From positions 6,524 through 70,523 of the forward strand of contig CAZGQD010000005.1 in NCBI GenBank assembly GCA_964527395.1: a stretch of DNA of 64,000 nucleotides, written 5' to 3'. Of this stretch, positions 1-9,049 are shown piece after piece; position 1 is the first letter of the stretch; every line of letters starts with the position of its first letter. The stretch comes from an uncultured Methanosarcinales archaeon. Lineage in GTDB: Archaea > Nanobdellota > Nanobdellia > Woesearchaeales > GW2011-AR9. Position numbers and translations under genes: made by a program. The notes under the pieces are model-generated. The model made no database searches and was not told the DNA's origin. It saw only the letters and a program-made list of their open reading frames with translations.

Positions 1-1730
1 TTTTTGCTTTTGAGGCTAAGGAACTTGATTCTAGTGATAAAATTAAGATGCGAGCTGCTCTAGTTCTTGCTGCAGTTGTTAAAAAATTGTATCCTAAATC
101 TGAAATTAGTGATTGTGGTTTTTATCATGACCAAGTTTATTTGGATATTTCTGGAATTAAACTGCAGGAGAACAATTTTGGAGCTTTAAAAAAGCAGATG
201 AGAAAATTGATTAGTGCAGGAGATAAAATTAAGAAAGTTGTTAGTTCTAAAGTTGCTAATGATTTGCAAAAAGATATTTTGTCTGACATTGGTAAAGATG
301 GGGTAGCTTATGGACTTGGAGATGTAACTATTGTATCTAGATTTTTAGGTTCTTTGAGTGGTGCTGTTGATTCAATTGGTGCTTTTGAACTAGTTTCATT
401 GGGGTCGGTTTATTGGAAAGGAAATCAGGAGAATAAGCAGCATATGCGTATTCGTTTAGTGGCGTTTTCTGACAAAAAGGGACTTGATGATTGGAAACAA
501 GCATTAAAAGAAGCAGAAGATAGATCGCATCTTAAGATTGGTAAAGAAATGGGATTGTTTGTGCAGTCAAAATTGGTTGGTTCTGGACTTCCGTTAATTG
601 CACCAAAAGGGATGGTTATTCGAAGTGAAGTTGTAGATTTTCTTTGGGAATTGCATAAGTTGAAAGGTTATAAGCGAGTTTGGACTCCACACATTGCAAA
701 GAAAGATTTGTATAAAACTAGTGGGCATTGGGACAAATTTGGAGATGAATTGTTTAAAGTTAAAGGTAAGACTGAAGAGTTTATTATGAAACCTATGAAT
801 TGTCCGCACCATATGCAGATTTTTGATGGTTTTGAGTATAGTTATCGTGATATGCCAATAAGGTTTTTTGAACCAGCTACAGTTTATCGAGATGAAAAGA
901 AAGGACAGCTTCATGGTTTGAGTAGAGTTAGAGCAATCACACAAGATGATGGACATCTATTTTGTCGTGTTCATCAAATAAAAGAAGAAGTTGCTGTTGT
1001 TGTTGGAGTAATTCAAGAGTTTTATCGGACTTTAGGGATGGATAAAGGATATTGGGTCTCTCTTTCAGTTCGAGGTGAAGATAAATCTAAATATCTTGGC
1101 TCAGAGAAAGTTTGGAAAGTTGCTGAGAAGGCTCTTAGTGATGTAGCTAAAGATTTAAAGTTGCCTTTTAAACGAATGGAAGGTGAAGCTGCATTTTATG
1201 GGCCTAAATTAGATTTTATGTTTAAAGATTCTCTTGGACGAGAAAGACAGCTTGGAACTGTACAATGTGATTTTAATTTACCTGAACGGTTTGATTTGAG
1301 CTTTGTGAATGAAAAAGGTGAAAAGGAGCGTCCTGTAGTAATTCATCGTGCTATTTCTGGAAGTTTGGAGAGGTTTATGGGAGTTATTATTGAACATTTT
1401 GCTGGTAAGTTTCCATTATGGCTTAGTCCAGAGCAAGTTAGAATCTTGACAGTAACAGATAGGGGTTTTGAATTTGCAAGTGATCTTTGTTTGAAATTAT
1501 CTAAATTAGGTTTTAGAGTTGAAGTGGATAACAGGACAGAAACTATTGGTAAAAAGGTTCGTGAGGCTCAATTGGATCAGGTGAATTATATTTTGACAGT
1601 TGGTGACAAAGAAATTGATACTGGCTGCATTGCTGTACGTGATCGTGGTACTGGAAAAACTGAATTTGGAGTAGCTGTTGATTCTTTTTTGGCAGATTTA
1701 GTTGCTGAAAGAGATGAGAGGAGGCTTTAG
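1..1730 (+). CDS. thrS: threonyl-tRNA synthetase, 5' end cut by window edge
   Basis: Frame is open from nt 3 (FAFEAKELDSSDKIK precedes first Met at 48). Class II core motifs present: PMNCPHHMQIF, YRDEKKGQLHGLSRVRAITQDDGHLF, HRAISGSLERF. C-terminal anticodon-binding domain. Confidence 0.9.
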   Translation, partial: FAFEAKELDSSDKIKMRAALVLAAVVKKLYPKSEISDCGFYHDQVYLDISGIKLQENNFGALKKQMRKLISAGDKIKKVVSSKVANDLQKDILSDIGKDGVAYGLGDVTIVSRFLGSLSGAVDSIGAFELVSLGSVYWKGNQENKQHMRIRLVAFSDKKGLDDWKQALKEAEDRSHLKIGKEMGLFVQSKLVGSGLPLIAPKGMVIRSEVVDFLWELHKLKGYKRVWTPHIAKKDLYKTSGHWDKFGDELFKVKGKTEEFIMKPMNCPHHMQIFDGFEYSYRDMPIRFFEPATVYRDEKKGQLHGLSRVRAITQDDGHLFCRVHQIKEEVAVVVGVIQEFYRTLGMDKGYWVSLSVRGEDKSKYLGSEKVWKVAEKALSDVAKDLKLPFKRMEGEAAFYGPKLDFMFKDSLGRERQLGTVQCDFNLPERFDLSFVNEKGEKERPVVIHRAISGSLERFMGVIIEHFAGKFPLWLSPEQVRILTVTDRGFEFASDLCLKLSKLGFRVEVDNRTETIGKKVREAQLDQVNYILTVGDKEIDTGCIAVRDRGTGKTEFGVAVDSFLADLVAERDERRL

Positions 1731-1862
1731 GTAGGTTATTTTTTCTTTTGATTTTTTCTTTTTAAGTAGTTTTTTTGTTGCTATTTTGTTTTTTCATTAA
1801 TTTAAGCATAATCTTTATATAGTGAATTGTAGGAAGAGAGGGTACTTTGTTTTAATTTATTT

Positions 1863-1946
1863 GCCGAGGTGGCACAATCTGGTACTGCGCAGGATTGCTA
1901 ATCCTGTTTCCTTCGGGATTTCTGGGTTCAAATCCCAGCCTCGGCG
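1863..1946 (+). tRNA. tRNA-Ser (anticodon GCT), class II with long variable arm
   Basis: Acceptor GCCGAGG/CCTCGGC. Anticodon stem-loop CAGGA-TTGCTAA-TCCTG. Variable hairpin TCC-TTCG-GGA. T arm CTGGG-TTCAAAT-CCCAG. Confidence 0.9.
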
Positions 1947-2044
1947 CTTCTTTTTTTAAATTAAATTCCATTAAAGTTTTGTTCTTTTTTATATTGTTGT
2001 GGTCGGTAGATTTAAATAGGTGAAAAACCTTTTTTTGTTTTAGG

Positions 2045-3697
2045 ATGGTAGGTAAAAATAATTCTTTTTTGGATTCAAAGCAGTTTAAAGTAAGTGTTTT
2101 GGCTGTTATTGTGATACTAAGTGTTTTTGTTTTGTTTAATTTGATTGGTCAAAGTGATGAAGCAATAGTAGGACATGCTGGTGGGGATGCAGATATGGCA
2201 TCAACTTTAACGGATTTAACTGTTGATGTTGATTTGAGTGGTGATTCAGGTGAAACAGAAATAGAAATTCCTGGATTAACTTTTGAAGGGAAAGAGCTTT
2301 GTGAGGATAATGATGGTTATTGGGTAGGTTTATCAGAAGAGAATACTTGTTTTGAGGGAGTTTGTTATGATAAGTTAGATTTTCAAGGTGTGACTTGTGG
2401 AGATACAATCACTGCAGATGGGAAATATATTTTAAAGTCTTCTTGTGTATTATTGCCTGGAGCTGGAGCTAGCCATGGTATTGAAATATTATTAGATGAT
2501 TCAACTACAGAAGTTTTGCTTTATTGTGAGAGTGGAGATACTTTTAGGAATGGATTAAGTAGGGGTTCTCCGAGTGGGATTTATGTTAGGGATTCTAGTA
2601 GTTCTGGAGTGGATCCAAAAGTGACAATTGTTGGCTGTGGGATAGAGGGATTTACTAATGGGGTTTATCTTTCAGGTGTAAGTGATTCTGAATTTGCAGG
2701 TTTGACAGTTACTGATTCAGAAGAAGTAGGGATTTATGCAAATGGTGGCTCAGATAATAATTTTTGTGGGAATAGTATTCAGGATTCAGGAACAAGGGGA
2801 GTTTATTTTTATCAAACAGAGGAGCCAGATTTTCAAGAAAATGTAGTTTATGGATCAGGACTTTACGGAGTATATTTCAGTGAAGTATATGCTTTTGATT
2901 TAAGAGATAATGTAATTACTTCATCAGCTGCAGACCCTTCTTCTTCTTCTTCAGGCAGTGAAGTCTATATTGATTCCTCAGATGAAGGTTATTTTAAAAA
3001 TAATGACTTGTGTGGTTTAGATGGTGCAAAGACGTTAACTTGTTCGTCTAGTACAGGAATTATAGGTGATGGGAACAGCTTTGATTTATATTCTGCTTGT
3101 GATGAGAATTGGCCAGATTTAGAAGATGGGAGTGGCACAGGAGATTATACTGGATGTAGTTCAGGAGTTGGTTATGGGTCAGGAGCTATGTCTGGAACTT
3201 TTGAAATAGATTTGGATAGAGATAATTTTGGCAGTGTTGGAAGTGGTGGTTTAGATTGTGATGATTCAGATGCTTTAGTGAACCCAGATGCTACTGAGAT
3301 TTGTAGTGATGGCGTAGATAATGATTGTGATTCTATTACTTCTGATGATATCAGTGATGGGTTTTGTAGCTGTGCTTCAGGAGAAAGTATGTATTATGTT
3401 GATTTAGATGTTGATGGATATGGTGCAGGAACAGTTAGTTGTCAAAGGACTGGAAGTCCAGGTTATTCTGAATATAGTACTGATTGTGATGATTCTGATT
3501 TTGATGTCAATCCAGGAGCTACAGAAGCTTGTGATTCAGTAGATAATGATTGTGATGGTACTGTTGATGAAGATGATGTTTGTGGTAGTTTCGAAATAAT
3601 TGGAAATGTTTATTATGATGATGAGGTAGTTGATGATGGTGTTTTGGATTTTGATGATGTAAAAAAATTCATAAAGCAGACATATGGGACTAGTTAA
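2045..3697 (+). CDS. anchored surface protein: beta-helix repeats, MopE-type Cys/Asp repeats, C-terminal dockerin/EF-hand-like loop
   Basis: N-terminal TM helix followed by AIVGHAG. PbH1-like repeats (GIYVRDSSSS, GVYLSGVSDS, GIYANGGSDNN). Two motifs of the form DCDDSDxxVNPGAxExCDxVDNDCDG. D-rich C-terminus DDEVVDDGVLDFDDVKKFI. Confidence 0.7.
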   Translation: MVGKNNSFLDSKQFKVSVLAVIVILSVFVLFNLIGQSDEAIVGHAGGDADMASTLTDLTVDVDLSGDSGETEIEIPGLTFEGKELCEDNDGYWVGLSEENTCFEGVCYDKLDFQGVTCGDTITADGKYILKSSCVLLPGAGASHGIEILLDDSTTEVLLYCESGDTFRNGLSRGSPSGIYVRDSSSSGVDPKVTIVGCGIEGFTNGVYLSGVSDSEFAGLTVTDSEEVGIYANGGSDNNFCGNSIQDSGTRGVYFYQTEEPDFQENVVYGSGLYGVYFSEVYAFDLRDNVITSSAADPSSSSSGSEVYIDSSDEGYFKNNDLCGLDGAKTLTCSSSTGIIGDGNSFDLYSACDENWPDLEDGSGTGDYTGCSSGVGYGSGAMSGTFEIDLDRDNFGSVGSGGLDCDDSDALVNPDATEICSDGVDNDCDSITSDDISDGFCSCASGESMYYVDLDVDGYGAGTVSCQRTGSPGYSEYSTDCDDSDFDVNPGATEACDSVDNDCDGTVDEDDVCGSFEIIGNVYYDDEVVDDGVLDFDDVKKFIKQTYGTS

Positions 3698-3723
3698 TTT
3701 ATGATAAAAAAAGGTGTTTTAAG

Positions 3724-5823
3724 ATGGCAAGAAAAAGAAAGGTAAATAAAAAGAAGAGTGCTTCGAAATCGAAGTCTGTTCATAATAATGTGAAGAATAA
3801 AAAAAGTCATTCTTTAAGGCATAGTAAGACTGCAGAAGAACAAAGTACTAAGATTTTTGTTCTAGTGGCTGTTGCTATTGCTGTTTTGGTTCTTGGAACA
3901 CTGTTTTTGTTTACTTATCAGGATCGTGATGCTGCTATTGCAGGAGAAGCTGTAAGATATATTGCTGATTCAGGAACTTGTGGTAGTGGAGAGATCTGTT
4001 TTGGTTATAAAGATGGTGATGGCAATTTAAACCTTGTAAATTATGCAGAAGTAGGTTCTTATGTTGATTATGAAGGAAGTTCCTCTACTGAAATAAATGA
4101 TGTTTTTAATCTAACAGTTTATGTGAACTTAGATGGTTTACAAGAGAATAGTTTTTATACATTTGAGACTCCAATAACTTATCCTCAAGATTTGGTTACT
4201 TTAGAGGAATATTATTTTACTGTGGAAGGACAATTATATCAAGCAGATTCTAGTGTTATTAATGGAGTTATAGGAGCAACAGGAAGTGAAACAGGAGTTT
4301 ATTATTTTAGTGATGATGGTTCAGGTAATGTTAATTTTCAGTTAGCACCAGATTTGAGTTCTTCAGGAGTTAGTTTGAATGATGAAGGTTATTTTGAAGT
4401 AGTTACTTTTAGTTTTAGGGCTGTTGATGGAGCTAAAGGAGATAGTGAGTTAGAGTTTGATAGCTCAAAGGATTTGTTATTTGGGTATGTTGATTCTTTA
4501 AGTGTTTTTGTAGAAAAAGATTTAGCTCCAAATAGTGTTTTTAATGTAGATGTGGTTTCTGATGTGACTTGTCCTTCAGTTTGTTTAGATTCAGATGGGG
4601 ATACTTGGTGCGATAGTAGGGAAATTGCAGAATTTGGAGAAGATACTACTTATCATTTAGATCCTAATGAACATCCATTGGATACAGATTCAGATGGTTT
4701 TTCTGATGATGTTGAAATTTATTTTGGAACAGACGCAGGGATTACTAGTCCTCCAAATCCAGATGCTGATCAGGATTATCCTTTTAATCTAGATTGTGAT
4801 GATTATTTTGATCAAAGTTTGACTTCTGATGCACCAGATGATTTTTTACTTAAAGGAGGAGATTGTGATGATGAAGATGATACTGTTGGTGCAGGAACTT
4901 TATATTTTGAGGATTTAGATAGAGATGGTTTAGGGAATATAGAGTCAGGTGCTTACCTTTGTCCAGATGAAATTACAACAATTCATGTAACAGATAGAAC
5001 AGATAGTTGTGATGATTATGCTGATTCAACAGGTGCTTGTGAATCTTGTGATGCAATCTATTATGAGGATTTAGATGGAGATGGATATGGTTCAGGAACA
5101 GCAGCTTGTTCAGGTGAATTATCTAATCCAGTAGCTGGAGGAACAGATTGTGATGATTCTGATAGTACAATAGGTGCACCAAGTGATTATATAGATTCAG
5201 ATGGTGATGGTTATGGAAATTCAGATATTCTTGTTTGTGAGGGAGTAGATGATGGAACTGATTGTGATGATGCTGTGTACAGTGAAACTAATATTTGTGG
5301 CTCATGTGCTTCAGGAGAGAGTTTACAATATGTAGATTCAGATTCAGATGGTTATGGTGCTGAGGCATCTAGTTGTGTGCTTGATGGTAGTTCAGGATAT
5401 GTTTCAGTTGGTGATTATCAAGGAGAAGATTGTGATGATTCATCTCATGATGTTGATAATGATTGTTCTGTTTCTGCTGCTGTTGAAGCTGCTACAGTTA
5501 CAATTGTTGATTCATCTGGAGCCGAGCTAAGTGGTTTGTCGTCATTAACAGTTGGAGGACAATATACTTTTGATGTGTCTGTGACTGCTGATTCAGACTT
5601 TTCAGATCACTTGTTATTGTTACAAGTTATTTCGAGTAGTACTGGAGAAGTTGAGTTATTAGTGTCTCAGTCTATGCCAGCTTTGACAAGTGGATCTACG
5701 GAATCTATGTCAAGTAGCTTTACACCTACAGCAGGAGGAGATTATACTGCGCAATTGTTTGTTTGGGATGATTGGCCAGCTAGTGGGGGAACTTCGCTTG
5801 TTTCATCAGTGGAGGTGAGCTAA
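3724..5823 (+). CDS. anchored surface protein: cohesin-like N-domain, Ca-loop (DxDxDG) segment, MopE-type repeats, conserved C-terminal beta-sandwich
   Basis: Lys-rich tail, TM helix, then AIAGEA. Beta-sandwich-like segment FNLTVYVNLDG...YFEVVTFSFRAVDGAKGDSELEFDS. DTDSDGFSDD loops. Repeated DLDGDGYG...DCDDSD units. Last ~105 aa are ~60% identical to the C-terminus of 9050..11650. Confidence 0.65.
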   Translation: MARKRKVNKKKSASKSKSVHNNVKNKKSHSLRHSKTAEEQSTKIFVLVAVAIAVLVLGTLFLFTYQDRDAAIAGEAVRYIADSGTCGSGEICFGYKDGDGNLNLVNYAEVGSYVDYEGSSSTEINDVFNLTVYVNLDGLQENSFYTFETPITYPQDLVTLEEYYFTVEGQLYQADSSVINGVIGATGSETGVYYFSDDGSGNVNFQLAPDLSSSGVSLNDEGYFEVVTFSFRAVDGAKGDSELEFDSSKDLLFGYVDSLSVFVEKDLAPNSVFNVDVVSDVTCPSVCLDSDGDTWCDSREIAEFGEDTTYHLDPNEHPLDTDSDGFSDDVEIYFGTDAGITSPPNPDADQDYPFNLDCDDYFDQSLTSDAPDDFLLKGGDCDDEDDTVGAGTLYFEDLDRDGLGNIESGAYLCPDEITTIHVTDRTDSCDDYADSTGACESCDAIYYEDLDGDGYGSGTAACSGELSNPVAGGTDCDDSDSTIGAPSDYIDSDGDGYGNSDILVCEGVDDGTDCDDAVYSETNICGSCASGESLQYVDSDSDGYGAEASSCVLDGSSGYVSVGDYQGEDCDDSSHDVDNDCSVSAAVEAATVTIVDSSGAELSGLSSLTVGGQYTFDVSVTADSDFSDHLLLLQVISSSTGEVELLVSQSMPALTSGSTESMSSSFTPTAGGDYTAQLFVWDDWPASGGTSLVSSVEVS

Positions 5824-7086
5824 ATGAAGAGGCTAAGTTTGTTTTTTTCATTTATTTTTATTTTTGTTTTGTGTAGTTCAGTAATTTTTGCATTAGATGT
5901 AAGTGTAGATGCTAGTTCTAGTCCAGTTGTGATAAGTGGAAGTTGTACTGCTCAAGAAACAGTGATGGTTCAAGTATCTTCAAATGGGATTTTAGCTTAT
6001 ATTGGTGAAACAACAGCAGATTCAAATGGAGATTATTCTTTAGAATTTACATCTACTTCTGAGGGAACTCATTCAATTTCAGTTTCCTGTGATGGCGATT
6101 ATTTAACTGATAGTTTTGATATTGGTTCTACAACAAGTTCTTCTTCTACAAGCGATACAGGTTTTTGGGTCCAAGTTGACTCAAGTTCAAGTTCTGTGGC
6201 AATTACAGGGTTTTGTTCAGAAGGAGATGTAGCAACAATGCAGATCTCTTATGGTGGTCTTTTAGCATTTATTGGTGAAGGAGATGTTGATTCAAATGAT
6301 GAATTCTCTGTGGATTTTACATCTACTGGTGATGGGACCCATAGTATTTATATTTCTTGTGCTGGTGAAACACTTAGTGGTGATTTTTGTGTAGGTAGTT
6401 CTTGTAGTTCTACTCTTGTAACTTTTGGGTCTGTTGATTCAGGAGATGTTACTGAAACAACAGGGACAACAGATGATGGAGGGGATTCAGGAGGTTCTTC
6501 TTCAGGTGGTTCATCAGGTGGAGGAAGGGGTTCATCTTATTATTCAGATGATTCTTCAAGTGGTTCAACTGATACAACTGATGATGGTACGTGTACTGAG
6601 AGTTGGTTTTGTGGTGAATGGACTGAATGTAATGGTGGTCAACAAACAAGAAGTTGTGCTGATGAGCACTCTTGTGGGACTTACTTAGATAGGCCTGAGG
6701 AGACAAGAGATTGTACTGAAGAAGGTAGTAGTAGTTCTAGTTCATCTAGTGGAAGTTCTCAAGGAAGTAGTGGTACAACAAACCCACCTTCTAGGGAAAC
6801 TCAATATGTTCAAGAAACTAGCTTTATGGATCCAGTATACTTCTTTTTTGCAGAGAATTGGTTGTTGGTTCTAATTGGAGTTTTTGTTTTGTTGGTATTA
6901 ATTGGAGGGATTGTATTCTTTCTAAAATATCGTGAGCACCATGCTCCTGCAGCAAATATGGATGAATTGCACGGTTATATCGCTTCAGAAAGGGAAGCAG
7001 GAATGACTGATCAACAAATTGAGACGAGTTTAGTTGAAAGTGGTTGGGCCAAATCTGAGGTTGATCAAGGTTTGGGAATAAATTGA
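5824..7086 (+). CDS. secreted/type I membrane protein with two Ig-like tandem repeats, S/G linkers, TSP1-like Trp/Cys module, TM helix and short cytoplasmic tail
   Basis: Signal-like N-terminus LFFSFIFIFVLCSSVIFA. ~90-aa internal repeat (VVISGSCTAQE...THSISVSCDG versus VAITGFCSEGD...THSIYISCAG). CTESWFCGEWTECNGGQQTRSC motif. TM LLVLIGVFVLLVLIGGIVFF. Confidence 0.65.
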   Translation: MKRLSLFFSFIFIFVLCSSVIFALDVSVDASSSPVVISGSCTAQETVMVQVSSNGILAYIGETTADSNGDYSLEFTSTSEGTHSISVSCDGDYLTDSFDIGSTTSSSSTSDTGFWVQVDSSSSSVAITGFCSEGDVATMQISYGGLLAFIGEGDVDSNDEFSVDFTSTGDGTHSIYISCAGETLSGDFCVGSSCSSTLVTFGSVDSGDVTETTGTTDDGGDSGGSSSGGSSGGGRGSSYYSDDSSSGSTDTTDDGTCTESWFCGEWTECNGGQQTRSCADEHSCGTYLDRPEETRDCTEEGSSSSSSSSGSSQGSSGTTNPPSRETQYVQETSFMDPVYFFFAENWLLVLIGVFVLLVLIGGIVFFLKYREHHAPAANMDELHGYIASEREAGMTDQQIETSLVESGWAKSEVDQGLGIN

Positions 7087-7113
7087 GAGATAATATTAAA
7101 TGAGGATGTTTAG

Positions 7114-9048
7114 ATGGCAAAAGGGCAAGTTAATGATTCAAAGAAAATTTTTGTAGGTTTATTTTTTGTGTTGGTTTTAATAGGGATTGTTGTCATTGGA
7201 GCATCCTTGTTTTCAGAATCAGATGGAGCTATTGCAGGTCAAGCTATAAATTATAACTCAGAAGGTGAAGTTTATGAAATAAGTGGGTCAGATAGTTGTG
7301 GAGCAGAACTTGATATTGAAGGGGCAACTTATGTTATTTCAGCAGATTTAGATTGTACTAGTGTAGTAGATTCTCCTGGTTTGAATGTGATTGCAGATGA
7401 AATTGAGTTATATTGTGAGGAAGGTGTTACAATAATTGGGCCTTCTGAGGGAGATTATGCTGGTATTTTATTAAGTGAAGGAAAGGATGTAGAAATATAT
7501 GGATGTAATATTGAAGGATTTAAGAATGGCCTTTATTTGGATACTGATTTTGAATCAGTAGGAGTATATTATGGGTCAGTAAGTAATAGTGATGCTGAAG
7601 GAATTTATATCGATTCTTTTAGTGAGAGCTATTTTGAATCAGTTTTAATAAGTAATGCAGGAGCACAAGGTATTTATTTAAGTGAAAATACAGAAGGTGT
7701 TATTTTTGTGGATATTTCAATTAGTGGTAGTAGTGCAGAAGCAATTAACATTGCTTCAGAAGGGAACATTTTGAATAATATTCACATTTCTGATGATAAT
7801 GGGTATGGAATTATGGTTTCTGCAAGTAATAATGAATTAAATAATGTAGTTAGTTGTGGTTTGGATTTAGGATGTCATAGTGGTTTGACAGGTTTATTAG
7901 GTTCGGGCAATTATTTTAGTAATGTTGGAGTTGATTGTGATAGTGGTTGGCCTAAATTGAATACAAATTATTATTTATGTGAAGATGTTGAGGTTAGTTG
8001 TGATGATGGTGGAGATAATGATTTAGATGGTGCTTTTGATTCAGAAGATTCAGATTGTATCTGTGATGATGGTACAATTAAACAATATTATGAGGACTCT
8101 GATGGTGATGGATATGGGGAATATTCTTCAGGTCCGGTATGTTCAAGTGATTTAAGTAACCCTGTAGAAGATGGAACTGATTGTAATGATTTAGATGAAG
8201 AGATTAACCCAGGGGAGGCTGAAATAATCTCTGATGGCATAGATCAAGATTGTAGTGGTGTAGAGTTAGTTTGGTCAGATCTTTCTTCTCAAGATGAGTG
8301 TTCTACTTTTAATGGGCAATGGGATTCTGAAACAAGTTCTTGTTCTCCAGTATCAGATGGTGCTAATTGTGAAAATCCTTCAACTTGGTATACTGATTTT
8401 GATGGAGATGGATATACTTCTGGAGGATCGGAAGTTTGTAGCCAACCAGAAAATACTATTGATTATTCATTGGGTGAAGATTGTGATGACAATGATGGTG
8501 GTGTTCAAGGAGAAAATACTTGGTATACTGATGGTGATGGAGATGGATTTACATCAGGGTCATTGGAAGCTTGTCAGCAGCCAGAAAATACAATAGCTTC
8601 TAGTAAAGGTGAAGATTGTGATGATGGAAATTCTGGAGAAAGTGAAGCTAGCTATTATACAGATGAAGATAGTGATGGATATGGGGATAGTGATTCAGGA
8701 GTTTTATATTGTTCTGATTCAAGTGATGTGAATAATCCAACTATGACTGGAGGAGATTGTAATGATAATGATGCTGATCAGAGTCCTGGTTTGCAAGAGA
8801 TCTGTAGTGATGGTAAAGATAATAATTGTGATGGGAGCATTGATGAAGCAGATGATTGTTTAGATCTTAGTGGTGTAGATATTTCTGAGATTGATGAAGA
8901 TGAGTTCAATGAGGAGATGTTAATGAATTTAGGCGTAGAAGTTACAAGTGGAAGTCCTTATGAGGGGTATGATTTAAATGATGATGGGTACTTGACTCTT
9001 GAAGATATTAAAGAGTATATACGTGCAAAATTAGGAGGGAGCAGTTAA
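7114..9048 (+). CDS. anchored surface protein: beta-helix repeats, MopE-type repeats, C-terminal dockerin/EF-hand-like loop (paralog of 2045..3697)
   Basis: TM helix then AIAGQA. PbH1-like repeats (GIYIDSFSES, GIYLSENTEG, GIMVSASNNE). Repeated DSDGDGYG...DCNDxDxxxxPG...DNNCDG. C-terminus YDLNDDGYLTLEDIKEYI. Confidence 0.7.
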   Translation: MAKGQVNDSKKIFVGLFFVLVLIGIVVIGASLFSESDGAIAGQAINYNSEGEVYEISGSDSCGAELDIEGATYVISADLDCTSVVDSPGLNVIADEIELYCEEGVTIIGPSEGDYAGILLSEGKDVEIYGCNIEGFKNGLYLDTDFESVGVYYGSVSNSDAEGIYIDSFSESYFESVLISNAGAQGIYLSENTEGVIFVDISISGSSAEAINIASEGNILNNIHISDDNGYGIMVSASNNELNNVVSCGLDLGCHSGLTGLLGSGNYFSNVGVDCDSGWPKLNTNYYLCEDVEVSCDDGGDNDLDGAFDSEDSDCICDDGTIKQYYEDSDGDGYGEYSSGPVCSSDLSNPVEDGTDCNDLDEEINPGEAEIISDGIDQDCSGVELVWSDLSSQDECSTFNGQWDSETSSCSPVSDGANCENPSTWYTDFDGDGYTSGGSEVCSQPENTIDYSLGEDCDDNDGGVQGENTWYTDGDGDGFTSGSLEACQQPENTIASSKGEDCDDGNSGESEASYYTDEDSDGYGDSDSGVLYCSDSSDVNNPTMTGGDCNDNDADQSPGLQEICSDGKDNNCDGSIDEADDCLDLSGVDISEIDEDEFNEEMLMNLGVEVTSGSPYEGYDLNDDGYLTLEDIKEYIRAKLGGSS

Positions 9049-9049
9049 A

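Noticed and set aside
594-956. This is one of many ORF-track entries nested in or antisense to larger genes. Others are 2136..2408, 5348..5530, 6425..6688, 6449..6706, 6824..7120, 8294..8596, 9981..10184, 10905..11105, 12342..12542, 13516..13824, 16414..16680, 26080..26283, 26460..26684, 26949..27194, 27153..27371, 29519..29782, 31054..31305, 31287..31748, 32189..32497, 34054..34398, 34833..35126, 35479..35736, 35744..35962, 37079..37273, 38480..38731, 39200..39403, 39688..40134, 41715..41927, 42280..42531, 43686..43874, 44781..44975, 46928..47134, 48873..49106, 49707..49919, 50530..50763, 50977..51198, 51699..51893, 53622..54032, 56221..56448, 56495..56686, 57471..57680, 58715..59155, 59231..59488, 62515..62697 and 62649..62831.
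   Set aside because: They overlap well-supported genes and have low-complexity His/Gln/Leu/Asn or Leu/Phe/Ser-rich translations typical of off-frame or antisense reading of biased sequence. They carry no motifs.
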